Part shown: piece by piece, positions 24,999-37,775 of the stretch
How positions within the stretch are numbered: position 1 is the first letter of the stretch
How the letters are laid out: each line of letters opens with the position of its first letter
Assembly (NCBI GenBank): GCA_973895155.1
Contig: OZ316895.1
Span: 18,175,880-18,239,879, forward strand
Direction of reading: 5' to 3'
Source: Marsupella aquatica
Taxonomy: Eukaryota; Plantae; Marchantiophyta
DNA length: 64,000 nt
The notes under the pieces: model-generated
The model's database searches: none
What the model was told of the DNA's origin: nothing
Seen by the model: only the letters and a program-made list of their open reading frames with translations
Position numbers and translations under genes: made by a program

Positions 24999-26242
24999 GG
25001 TTCCAAGAGTACATTGATTTAAAAACCCTAAACCCTAAACTTTGATTTAGGTAGGATTTTTCTTATGAATGAGAGAGTTGTGAACATCAAAACTTGCATG
25101 ATGTTATCTTTCATTTCATTTCATATGAAAGACAGAGTTATGGGCGTGATGGTTTGAATGATGTTGTGAAAGATCCGTTTTGCAGCATTCTTTAAATTAC
25201 TTATACCCTCTCCTATAGCAGCCCCCGTCAGAAATAGATGTTGTCATCAAGGAAAACCAGCAAGAACCGAACTCTAGATGGAGTTCACAAGATGTTCCCA
25301 GAGAATGTCTGCCTCTGAAAGACGCATTGCATTGTTGAGACATTGCTTGCAAGGAACTACGGAGAGCATGAACCTTGCCAAGGATTACATGAATATAGTC
25401 ACAGAGCTTTGTCTTCTTCGCACGAAATGAATTTGTCCATCCAAGCTTACAGGTTTCGATGCAGATCGCATCGAGACTTACTAGCGTGATACATACGAAG
25501 GTTTGCACATCGTTCACTTTGATTGGTGAATGCGGTTTTAAGTCCATAGTCGTTAAATCTTGTGAATAAAATGTTAATGCTCTGAGAAATCATCACCAGA
25601 GTAGAGAGGCAGAGAACTATCGTCAAGACGAAAACTACAGGGGAGATGGTGGTGAACGCAAACAGAAAATTCCGAGAATTTCCTTTCTGCTAAGCCCGTG
25701 ATTCGAGATGAAATCAAGGTTTTCTGTTGAAGTCGTGACAAAGTTGACTAATTCAACGAGATCAAGAAGTCACCCTACCAAACCCATAATGAAACACAAT
25801 TTTTAATCTTTACAAATGGCGTTATCGTTAACTATAAAGCCACGATTTCGCAACGATCCCAAACGACGATTATTCCAAATTACTGCCGAAAACTGAGACG
25901 TAGAATACAAAGTGTCTTTCGTAATGGGCTTTTTCGAATAATTCGAAGCCAATGAAATTGACTTGTCGGCAAATCAGTAAACCAACTACTCAAGCTTTCA
26001 CAAGCTCGAATTGATGGACCTTGCAGTACGAATAAATACCACAACTCGATCGAGCCTCACATTCGTCCAATCAAATACAAGGAAAAAACTCTACAATTGC
26101 TCATGAAAAGCCAGCCTCGTACGTTTGCATGAAGAAAATGTGTGTACAAAGTTGAAGCCAGAATATCAGTACAGAAGGAGACAGTCGTTCCTGGACCCAG
26201 CAAGTCCAGAAATCTCGCTTGCATTTAGGGGAGACAGCGAGC

Positions 26243-28022
26243 CTATTTCACGGGGTATGGGAGGGAGAGAACATAGAGTAGGAAGTAAGCCCAGCCTACT
26301 CCAGACAAGCCTCCGAAGAAGAAGCCTCCGGCAAAGCTGGCCCAGCCTTGTGAGGTCTGGAGCTTGTCAGCTTCCTTCTTCCTTCCGCTCAGGGTGAGGG
26401 AGGGAGCCAGAGACGGGGCACCTTCCTTAAATGTTGCAATCCCGTAGATGGTCAAACACACAGATAAGATCACAACCAAACCTGCCGCTCCGAAAGCTCC
26501 AGCAGTTCCTGCAATCTCGGTGTTGCGGAGAGGACCAGCCTTGACGAATGGGCCCACCAACAAGAAACCGTGCGCAAGACCCACCTCAACTCCTCTCAAC
26601 AAGGGAGAGACAGATGTGCGGTAGGCGGGGAGGTTGGACAAATACCAGGCGATTAGAGGGCTGGATGTGATCGGGGTCTCAAATCCACCAACAAAGGGGT
26701 CTCCGTTCAGTGGCTCCACAACTTGATACTGCGACAAGACGACAATCGCGGAGTTTCAGGTTCACAAATACAATCCAGCTTTCAATACGATTACCACGAA
26801 CTAAACAGAGTGACAACAATACATCCACGCAGGAAATGTCATGCTGTGCTGCACCTCACAGCACAAATTTGAGTAGACGCTATCCTGGCGATCTATCTTG
26901 AATTCTCAGAATAGACCATAAGATGGGGCAGACAAGCGGGGCGACAAATGCCAGGAACGTTGCCATCCGAACCTGAGCCTCATTACCCGAACTAGGACCT
27001 AACTAACGACGACTGCTGGACAGAGTGCGGACGTCTCTGTCCACGACGTACTAGCTAGATCAACCTCTCCCACAGAGTGGCGGAGACGGACCACAACTAA
27101 AAGTTTCGTCTCCTTCTATAGAGAAAGACTCCTCTTCAGCCTTTGTAGTATGCCGCTAGTCAGGCAGCAGAATTGAATGCAGCTACTATTCCGACGCAAG
27201 AACTGGTCCACGGCTCCAGGTAACTGACGGTAATAGTCTTTACACAAGGCCAAGGACACAGATTATCTCCATGGTCGCTATGGCTATGGCCCTTCCCCAA
27301 GTTGGAAGGTCCTCTTCGGACACAAGCTAGCTCTATCTTCACTCGACATTTTGGCCACAACGACTGAGTGAGAGATTTCAGAAGACAACATCCCTAACAA
27401 GGCGGCATCCGCATGCTTTGGCCACAACGACTGAGTGAGAGATTTCAGAAGACAACATCCCTAACAAGGTGGCATCCGCATGCAATACACTGCCGTCCAT
27501 TACAAGGCTCTCCTACTCAGGCCGCCAGATAACATCAGAGCATTCAAAAGTCCCAAGAGAAAGGTAGACAGAAATGGCTAGCTACGATGTGTCTGGCAAC
27601 GAAAGTTTCGATGCCAGGAGTAGCTGAACCTGCTCAAATAAGTGGTAGGATCATTCCACACGTCGTGTACAGTTCAATGGACTAAGAAAATGCGACGCCA
27701 CATCGATGCAGCAAAGGGAGGGACCAAAGGCAAGCCAGCCCCATCACTGACGAAGGCCCGAAGTAGACATCGAGAGATTGTGGTATGGAGCTCAAACACT
27801 ACATCAATGTTACAGAAACTAAAGGACACATACCTTCCCCTCGGTGGTGGTAGCTGCACGCGCTCCAGCGGGCCTGGCGGCAACGAGTGAAGTGGGAGCA
27901 GACTGCCGGAACCGCAGAGGGGCAGCAGAGCCGAAAAATGCACAGCTGCGCACGGACGTCTTGGTCGCGCATTGCTGCAGCGACAAGAGTCCTCCAGCCT
28001 TGACCATCGCGGTGGTTGCCAT
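26243..28022 (-). CDS. psaL: photosystem I subunit XI (PsaL), nuclear-encoded, 2 exons, 224 aa
   Basis: Exon 1 (28022-27834) is a transit peptide, [11 protein letters not shown]...TTTEGK|GTATGT. Exon 2 (26728-26243) reads [46 protein letters not shown]. Confidence 0.97.
27350..27484. repeat. 67-bp tandem duplication in the psaL intron
   Basis: TTTGGCCACAACGACTGAGTGAGAG...GGCATCCGCATGC occurs twice with one mismatch. Confidence 0.9.
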
Positions 28023-28173
28023 CTTCACTTCTCTGTACAATTCAATCACAATTTTCCCACAGATGTTCGCCCACAATTGAGAATGTGCAAGTCACACTCT
28101 CCGTCTGTAGACCGAGTCGATGGACGAATGCAGAAGGAAGGTCTTTCTATGGCGAAATCGAAGCATTTCGCAA

Positions 28174-28220
28174 GCCAATAGAGGAGGCCACGTGCTAGTC
28201 TTAAAGGGCTGGGATAAGAT
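28174..28220. promoter_or_regulatory. light-responsive module upstream of psaL: CCAAT, G-box GCCACGTG, I-box GATAAG
   Basis: GCCAAT at ~28174, GCCACGTG at 28187-28194 and GGATAAG at ~28212, 150-200 bp upstream of the ATG. This combination is typical of nuclear photosynthesis genes. Confidence 0.55.
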
Positions 28221-28338
28221 TCTGGATAGCTTTACCTCCCAATGGCTCAGGCGGATGAATGAATTATTTCCTAAGGAATATACGTTAAAATAAATAACTC
28301 GAGATCCTACTAAAGTGTATATATGGGTTAGGATAGTT

Positions 28339-31300
28339 GTTTTTTCTTTTTTTCCAAGAAATCCCCAAAACAAGGGGGGGGGGGGGGGGGGAACCCAAAA
28401 CAACAAACAAGGGAGCAAACACCACCCCAGCAAAAGGAAGCCCAAAAAGGACACCACGGACACCCCCAAAGACCACACAAAGACCCTAATCGGGCCATGG
28501 AAGCCAAGCACGCCACCGGAGAGTAGCAACCAGCGGCAACCAGAAGAAAGGACCCCAACAGGTCCACCACCTGGAGCAAGGGTGTCTACTACTCCACTGG
28601 CCAGGGGGCCTAGTATCACTACAACACTCACTATCATCCAAGGAGCAAGGGTACTGGTGGTCAGTCAACCAACACCAAGGCCCAGATTCATCATTCAGAG
28701 TACAGTGGGTCCTGAGATAGTTCCACTCCCTATTCCTACTCCTATCCCAACCACTACCTAACAGAGTCATCCCCAAGTGAGTACCACAAAGAGGAGGGTA
28801 ACAATCAAGGGCCGAAGCCCAAGCCAAGCACGAGTAATCAGGCATCATTGCTAAAGTCCAAGTTAAGAGCTTGGGGGATCTCATTGGTCGCCCAAGGTTT
28901 AAGGACCTCATGGAGCTCATGGATAGCCCGCTGGAGTTGCCGTGCCTTCTTGTGAGACTTGCAGCTATCTCTCATGGAGTGAAGGTGGATCTCCGTCTGT
29001 CGCAAGATGACCCACCCAGGGATACGCCCGAGAAATTGGGCATAGCTAGCAGCATTCCTCTCATTCCAAATGTGGCAGCACAATTCAGAGAGAAGGATCA
29101 GAGTGTGGAAAGGCATTTTTGTTGAAAATTATGAATAAGAGCTTATTCGGGATTTTTTTTCCTTTTTGGAGCAAAGCATGACACTTCCTGAATCGTCCAC
29201 TCTCTTTTGACGCTTTATGAGGCGTCTGCCTTAACTACTCTGTTTCAAGCAGCTCAATTCAGGACGCTTTTTGAAGCGTCCCTCGCGATGTAAACGCCGA
29301 CCTCAGCGTTCCGGTTTCAAAGGCAAAATAGGCTCGACGCTTCCAGAATCGTCCATATATGATGATGGAAACCAACGCTTTCTGAAGCGTCCTGAAGGCG
29401 TCCACAGCAATACAAGTCCTGACTAAGCGTCTCCAATCCAGTACAAGACACGACGCTTAGCAAGGCGTCCAATAGTGTCGACACCCCGCTACCGAATCTT
29501 ACCACGTGAAACCTGGACGCTTTCTGAAGCGTCCATATGAGAAGCTAGAGGGACGCGACGCCCTCAAACGCGGCACCAAGTTCTGAAGCGTCCGTGACAA
29601 ACACCAAGCAATACGAGACGCTCGTGAAGCATTTGCTACCCGCAAACCTGAAGATGGACGCTGCCGACCCATACATAAAATGTTGGACGACGCTTCTTGA
29701 AGCGTCCACAAAAGTCCTTTGTCATTTTCAACGCTTCCTGAAGAGTTCACCAAAGTTCTCGACACTTCGAAACATTTTTCATTTTCTCACTTTTTATTAC
29801 AATATGACACTTTTACCGATTTATTTGAAGTACTTAGGAGTTCTAGAAAAGTCTGAAACTTTGTCACCATAGAGATTATATGTAGTAGAGTACCCTAGAA
29901 AAGTTTCACCTCATTCCAACTTTTAGTTTAGAAGTTAAAATTCTAACAAGATCATTGTTTATTAGTTTTAGCGAAAACACCAAGGCTTTGTAAAGCGTCT
30001 CTCTCTTCCACACTTTACTTTTTCCACCTTTTATGAGATTACCTTTTAGATATTGAGGTTTGAAAGGACATGACCCTTCACTTAGAAGTCTACACCTATA
30101 AGACCCCTCAATTTACCCATCTTCAAGGGGGACAAAACTTTATTCACACAGAAAATTCTGAATAGTTCTCCACCTTCCAATTTAACAAGAATGATTTGTA
30201 TGGAAGTAAAGCATATGTTATCATTTGTAAATGAATTCAGGAGAGATCCCTTTTGGTGACTGAGTTATAATCACAAACCTTTGAGATTCCCATCAAATTC
30301 ACTGCTAGGCTTGCTTGCTATGTCAAGAGTCGCTAGCTAATTCGAGGATAGATGATGAAATTTAAGGAGAAAAATTCAATTTTCAGAGTATCAGAGTACC
30401 GTTGTTTTACTTTGGCATATGTATCAGAGTTTGATTTGAATTGCGTACCGTTGATAATCAAACCATGTTGACGGTATTTTAATATATATCTCAGTGAAAC
30501 CAACCATAAATGTACTGTGGGTTTGGTGAGCAAAAGAGTCCTTTTAATTCACATCTTTGTGATATCAGAAGGAAAGAGAGAATCTGATTTGATAATTTTA
30601 ATCCTGTCTATACTAAGACCATAGTCCTTTCTGAAGGAGTGGCAATAGCAAATTAAACAATATCTATTCACATATTTGACTCCCTTTTGATTTCATAACT
30701 CAAAGTTATCTTTTCCTTGTGTTTTGTTAATTTTATCCTTTGTTTGAGATTGAAAGATTTAGAGCAGAGCTCTAAACCACTCAAACTTGTTAATTTATTC
30801 AATCTATTTCCAATCTGTTCTTAAAGGGACCGAAACCCGAGTTTATAAAGATATTTTGTTACTTTGTGTTCTTTCGATCATACAACACAGAGGGCCAGGT
30901 TTCCTTTTCTGCACACGAATAGCTCCCTAGAGAGAATTGTATAGCGATCCAAAAGTAAACCTCAGGGCACTAGAGTGGCGCAGGAGGAGTTGCACTTCCT
31001 GCCACTGGCCCTGTACTCTGCAGCAGCCAAAAAATAAATGTTCAGTTTGTTCAAAGTGATAGTGGCAACGTGCACACAGGCCGTCGCTCACCTCCCACTT
31101 GCTAGCTCTGCCATTAGTGAAAAACCCATGTTGAAGTAACCGCCAAATGAAGAAACGGACATGGGGCATAGTCCAGCCTCCCCACAGTTGTTTCCAGCGT
31201 TGTTGCCAGGACTCCGCCATCCCAATTTGGCCCCATCGACGGTTCAATTTGGTTGTCTTACGGAACAAGGGAGGAGCACTGCACCCACCTGCGGTTAGGG

Positions 31301-31370
31301 AAATTCCATCCCTGGTTCTTCCCAGTCCAATTCCACTTCCAACCAGTTCTGTGGAAGAGTTGGTCGTCAA
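28339..31370 (-). mobile_element. 5'-truncated L1-type LINE (zf-RVT region plus 3' UTR), interrupted by a solo LTR
   Basis: WKQLW..PHVRFFIWRLLQHGFFT..CARC..EQTEHLFFGC, then KRKPGPL|ILLSELCCHIWNERN after removing the LTR. A-rich tail on the minus strand at ~28339-28352. Confidence 0.85.
29104..30887 (+). mobile_element. solo LTR (1784 bp), related to 14659-16707
   Basis: TGT...ACA termini. TSD CAGAG at 29099-29103 and 30888-30892. Shared block AGAGATTATATGTAGTAGAGTACCCTAGAAAAGTTTCA and GACGCTT..AAGCGTC repeats. Strand is a guess. Confidence 0.9.
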
Positions 31371-34300
31371 GAAAGTGAAGAGATTTTTGGCATCTTAGAA
31401 GAGTCTAGTGGATGTGAACCATCGATAGAGGAAGTGCTTCTATCAATATATCAAGGTGAATCAGAGATAGAGATTGGAAGAAGTTTATATGAGGTTCTAG
31501 CCTACCTAGTTCAGGAAGAGATTGAGATTAACACCAAATATAAAACAGTGGATAAAAAGGTTAGATCAGCATCTACTCCATTACCTTTAGAAGCTAAAGA
31601 GTTGCTACAGAAAGCTAGTAAAGAACCTTCTTTGAGGAATTGGGATAAGATAGGTCACACATTCACTAAGAAGACATTGGATAGTTTGCAAATTGGAGGG
31701 GATGGCTTACTCACCAATGTTGAGGTTGAGGCTTTTCGGAAGATGATATCAAAACATGGGAAGGCCTTTTCCTTCAACATACATGAAATAGGTTGTGTCA
31801 ACCCAAGGGAAGTGACACCAATGATCATCTTTACTGTTCTTCATATTCCATGGGATTTGAGGCCATTACCAATACCTCGAGCATTGATGCAAGGAGTGGT
31901 AGACTTGCTGAAGGAGAAGTTGAAAGCAAGAATCTTGGAGAGATCCAATAACCAATATGCAAATCGTTGGTTCACTGTGAGAAAGAAAAATGGGAAGTTG
32001 CGATTCATTCAAGATATGCAACCGCCAAACAAGGTCACAATCAGAAATGTTGGCACCGGACCAGTGGTTGATGAATTTGCAGAGGAGTTTGCTGGTAAGG
32101 CAATTTACTCAATTGGGGATCTGTATTCTGGGTATGATCAATTCCAACTTGCTGAGAGTGGGATATTACCACCATGAGAACACCATTGGGGTTGATGAAG
32201 ATGTGTACCTTGCCACAAGGAGCTACAAATTTGGTAGCCCACATGCAAAATGCCATGAATAGGATTTTGCAATCTTTTATTCCACAAAAGACTCGACCAT
32301 TTTTGGATGACATTCCTATCAAGGGATGTGTGGAGGAGTGCAAGGATGAAAGAGTTAGGGAGGATGGACTATGACAATTTGTGTGAGACCATCTTCAAGA
32401 CGTTGTAGCAATTCTGAAATGATTGATGGAGGTTGGTGTTATACTTTTTGGTGAAAAATCTGCATTTGGCCTTAAAGAGATCTTAGTGGTTGGGCAAAAA
32501 TGTGGTTCATATGGAAGGAAGTCTAATGATGCAAAGGTAGATGCTATTAATCATATGAAGGATTGTAGTTCCGTGAGTGAAGTTAGGAGATTTCTGGGTG
32601 GATGTGTGTTCTACAGAATATGGATACCTCATTTTGCTCATATTGCAGAACCTCTATATGATTTATTAAGGAAGAAGGTTAAGTTTGTATGGACTGATAG
32701 ACATTCCAAAGCAATGACTAGGATGAAAGAAGCATTGTTGAGTCCACCAGTTCTTAGAACAATAAACTATGACAATGATCAACCTGTAATTGTCAACTGA
32801 TTCTAGTCCCATAGCAGCATGGTGGGCTATAGGACAGGATGATGAGGAAGGACATCGTTTTGCTACTCGCTTTGGGGCTAAGATCTTTGATGAAAGACAA
32901 AGAAGGTACCCGCAAGTCAAACGAGAACTATGGGGTGCAAGATGCGCCATAAGACAAGAGAAACATTTCTTGATAGGAGCAAGGGTTATTCTGGAAACTG
33001 ATTGTAAGCCATTATTAGGGATGAGCTCTAACTATGACACTCCAGATATAGCTATGCTAAGGTGGATAGCCTTTATTAGGATGATTAATCCTGAACTAAG
33101 GCATATCAAGGGAAAATATAATCCAGGCTGATATGTTATCAAGGGCAAGATATCATGAGAAACAAAATAATTAGTAAACATGTCATAGTAGTCAGTGGAA
33201 GTGAGGCACGTACAGAAATTGAGTCTATAGAGTTTAAAGAAGAACTCTACTCGGGGAAGCTACGAATCATAGGGCAATATATGAAGAAATTGGAAAAAGA
33301 AAAAGGGTGGACACATGAGGAGTTCAAGAAGATTCGGAAAGAGGCATACCAATTTCTTCTCAGAGATGGGTATCTTTGGAAACGTCCAAAGAAAAAGGGA
33401 CATGTGCCTTTGCGGGTTATTGATGATGTTGATACAAAGGCACAAGTACTTCAAAATTATCATGATCAACAGGACATAGAGGAGTCCAAGCTACTTACGA
33501 TAAGATTCATGAGTTCTACTGGTGGCCACGAGTTTACATGGATGTTAGGGACTATGTGGAGAGTTGTAAGGTGTGCCAAATATACTCCAAGCTAAGGCAT
33601 AGAGATGGGTTGAATCCTACTTACCCATTGGCCTTACATTTTCAATGGGTATTAGACATAGTGCATATGCCAAGTGGAACAAGGGGTGCAAAGTACTTAG
33701 TATTGGTAAGAGAAGACTTATCTTCATATGTAGAGGGAAGGGCACTAGCATCCAATAAGACAGAGTCGGTTTGTAAGTTTGTTTTGGAAGATATCATTGC
33801 TAGGCATGGATGTTTTTCTCAAATGAGGGTTGATCGAGGGGAGCTAAATAGTGAAGAAGCACACGACTTCTTTGCTAAGTTTGGCATCAAACTTAAGCTT
33901 ACAACAGCTTATAATCCAGAGGCAAACGGAAAAAGTGAAAGAGGTCATCCACCAATAGTCAATGCTTTAGTCAAAGCATGCAAAGGCAACACATTCCAAT
34001 GGCCTAATCTACTACCATTAGCTCTGATGGCAGATAGATTAACTTGTAGCTTGGTTAGTGGATTTCCCCCTATAGAGCTTGCTTCAGGACATTTGCCATT
34101 GATGCCAATTGAAGAAAAAGTACAAAGTTGGCGGACCATAGAGTGGAAGGATGAGGTTTCTAGAGAAGACTTGATTACTAGAAGGATAGAGCATTTCAAT
34201 CAAACTCCAGAAAAGATTGCTATAGCCTTAGAGCGCGTCAAAGCGGTAAGATTGAAGAACAAATCAAGATTTGATTAGACTCACCGACCCCGACCTATCC

Positions 34301-35850
34301 CAATCAAAGAAGGAGATTGGGTGCTTATCTCAGATAATACTTTGGACAATCAACACTCAACACTTAAAAAGTTTGCGAGGCGATGGATGGGACCTTTTGT
34401 GGTCACCCAAATCCACGATAATGCAATGTATAATGCCAGAGAGATGGATGGAACACATCATCGAACCCGATATGCAGGAATGCGGATCAAGCTATTCAAA
34501 AGAAGAACAAAATTTAGTGTCAAATATATCATTGATGAAGACTTACCAAGTGAAAAAGAAATCTGGGACTCACAAATTAGTAGGGGTGAATAATCTTATC
34601 CAAAATGATTGGTGCAGACCGGAGGCTGCACAGGTTTAGTAGGGGTAATATGCCATAAAGAAATGAGTTTTGGAGTTAGAATACCTCACATAGAGTTTAT
34701 CACTCCATTAGATATTATTAAAAATTAAATAAAAATAAATAGTGTGACTTAGAGTAGTCATTTATAAATTATTATATATAATAGACCAAAATCATAGAAT
34801 AGGTAAAAATAAAATAGTATACCAAAATAATAGTATACCAAAATAATAGTATACAAAAATAATAGTAGACCAAATGAGTATAGTAGGCCAAATGAGTATA
34901 GTAGGCCAAGATAATAGAATAGGACAAAATAAGATAGCGGGCAAAAAAGTGGGCTAGCAAATTGTGGGTAGTCCACTTTACAAAATAGTAGGCTAAGATA
35001 GTGGGCTAGCAAATTGTGGATAGTCCACTTTACAAAATAGTGTGCTAAGATAGTGGGCAAAAAAGTGAGCTAGCAAATTGTGGGTGGTCAACATTTCAAA
35101 GTATAAATAGAAGGAAACTTGCTTCCCATAGGGCATTGTGTTCCCACTATTGAGAGTTGAGTCCATGGTTTGCCTTGATATAACGGAGTGCTATACCGCC
35201 GGTTTTCATGATGGAAGGAATTGAGTATTTTTCTTATGGTCATGGAGGGCTATGCCACCACTTGAGCACCTTAAGTTAAATACTCAAATCTGGCAAGGAC
35301 GGCTGTGTCGTCTGTATCAAGGATATATTATCAAAGGTTAACTTATACCATAGGCTTTAGCTATTCCCCATAGATTGTGAATGATGTTGCATGGGTTGCC
35401 AAGAGTGCATAGATTGTCGGGAGTGGTTGTCAACCCATTTTTTATTAGATTACATTATTTAGATAAAATTGTAATGCCTCAGACGTTTATGTATCAATTT
35501 GGTTTAGATTTTGCCACCATGGTTATGAATTCAAATATTCCACTCATATATCTCGTAGTTACTTATGAAGAAGAGTGGGTGTGTACTATCTATATTTTGT
35601 ATTAGAAAAGATGAATTTGAATCAGGTCCCAAGTCCAATCTTAAATTTGATGTCTTCCTTGAGTCTAAAGATTATTGTGCGAAGGAAGATAGCGTGTAGG
35701 GAAATCTTAGTAAGAAAGTTTGGAGAAGAGTCGTATAATGTTATAGTATCTTCGGAAGAAGCTCTAATACTTTACGGGGATCATCCAAGGGGAACTTTAA
35801 GTATTTTTGTGCTTGTATAGTTTAGGTAAGTAGTCGTATTTGCACAGGCA
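31371..35850 (+). mobile_element. 5'-truncated Ty3/gypsy retrotransposon: degenerate RT-RNaseH-integrase, PPT and 3' LTR
   Basis: RT motifs KKNGKLRFIQD, DLYSGYDQ, LPQG and FLDD. RNase H TDSS..RELWG..ETDC. Integrase SCKVCQ, LDIVHM, DRGEL and NGKSERGH. Domain order RT-RH-IN. PPT-like AGTAGGGG at ~34638. LTR 34651-35850 with TGCC...GGCA ends. Confidence 0.92.
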
Positions 35851-37746
35851 GCAAGGCCCAGTGTCTCTCGAGTAGTTTAAAACCCCAAGACAACGCCTAA
35901 GTGCTCTTGGTGCCCAAACACCTCCACAGAATTCCTTGAGAAAGTAACTTGGTACCTTTTTCACCTCCAACGGCCACTCTCATACCAAGCGGTACTTGCT
36001 CCCTAATGCGACCGTCATTTAACGGTCCTCACTATGTGCACAAGTAACCAAACACCTTGGTAAGTAACCCGTAGGATCTAGACCCTCTAAGACTAGCATC
36101 CTAACTCAAGCTCAAAAGACATTGGTAAGTAGGTTAGCAAATAGAACCTCCTAGACCAGCATGGCCTTGCCATAAGCCAGAGCCAACACTCACTATTCAT
36201 CCATAATAGTCCCTCGTTGGGTGTTGCCCGTGCTTCCCCATTTTCTATCCTTCATTGGTTGACCGCCTTGCCCCAAGACATGTTCATGGCCCAAATAGCT
36301 TAGCTTGTCCCAAATCTTGCCCTAAAACACCAGGCCCAGATTGGCCCCGACTCTAACAACCAACTCCAAGGTTCTCGCTCAACTGATAGTCTAGGGGCCA
36401 AGTGCACAAGTTTGGAACTCAACCTCCATGCCTACTCTGCTTTGCCTTCCAAATGCAAGTTTCCGTGGGAAACTGAACACGGCTTGGCTACGGTTTTGGC
36501 AGGATTTGGCAAGCGGGCGAGAGATCCCCCGCAAACCCCTAGAATCCATGGCACCCTCAGATCCAGATGAGCTCAGGAGGATGTAGTACTCCCCAACGGA
36601 CTTCCTGTTGAGAAGTTATCGTTGTTTCTATTTTGGCATTTCCTCTTGGTGTCGCGATCACCGTGGCTCACGACTTGGGCTTGCCCTTGGCCCCCAAGGC
36701 GACACCACTTCCCTCATATATGCGTTTGGAGACCTGCCACCCCCAAACCGGTTTTGGTCCCCTATATTTGGCCCCTAACCTAGACTCCAACCTGCATGCA
36801 TGGGCACACAACTAATTTGCTATGCCCATAACTTTCTAGCTAGATGTCCGTAGGCACTCAGTGCCTTAGCCCATTGTGATCGGGCCAACCCCGTGCTCAT
36901 GCCTAGGCCCATCCCGTCATCACTCGGGGGTCCCGAAAGGCCGCACCTAGACCACATCGTATCTCATGCGCCAAGCGTCCGTTGCGCATGAAGTAAACTT
37001 TGTTAGCCTTACGCCCAAGTGGAGCTCTCTTACTCAGGGCCTCAAAACTCAAAGTCCGTTCGGGGTCCGGACAGCCCACCTTGAGCCCGGTCTCTTCCCA
37101 TGACCCAACCAGCCCCAAGCTAGTCTAAGTTCTTAGTGTGCTTTTAGGGTTTAGGCTAGTGCAATGCCTCATTTCCCACTAGTGTCCCCATACTTAGTCC
37201 CCACCGGATGGCCGTTCCAGGGCTTGGACCATAAAGGAGCTCGGTGTCAAAGTCAACAACAACGAAGCTAAGTTTTAGGGTAGTCGAGTTCTGCGACTGT
37301 GGAGTAATCAAAGAGAAACATGGCAACAATCCCACCAACTATTGTATGGTACTTTAATGTTTCCTAGTTTTGATTACATATTGAAGATGTGTGCCTGACA
37401 TGGTAACCCACATCATGAGCATTTACAAAGTTTCTGTTGTTCAATATGTCGATTCCTTTGTGACTCTTACTAGCTTTTCCTCCTTTTTCCATTATTTAGT
37501 TGAGGTATTGTTAGTATAGACTATTTTACCACCAAAATTGAGAAGGTGATTAGTGGGGAGGGATGTTAACAAAAGCAAGTAGTGGTGAAGATTGGGTGAA
37601 ACATGGTCTTGAGGTCTTCTGATCATCCACGTACCCACTTGACTGTCACAACACAGAGCTTAAAGCAGTGTTCTCATGTAGGGAGGAGCAAACAGAAGAA
37701 GTGCTGAGAGACCAATCAGTAAACAGAAAGGGGCAGAACAAACATA

Positions 37747-37775
37747 CAACAACAACAACAACAACAACAACAACA
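37747..37775. repeat. (CAA)n microsatellite
   Basis: About 9 consecutive CAA units. Confidence 0.95.

Noticed and set aside
25022-25039. Telomere or interstitial telomeric array (also motifs near 37143 and 46508)
   Set aside because: Only about 2 units, which fits a telo-box or chance.
28092-28920. Overlapping Pro/Gly-rich ORFs with a poly-G run
   Set aside because: Low-complexity LINE 3' UTR, not a gene.
29190-29720. CRISPR-like array of palindromic repeats with spacers
   Set aside because: The repeats are short, degenerate and irregularly spaced, lie inside a TSD-flanked solo LTR in plant DNA, and have no cas genes nearby.
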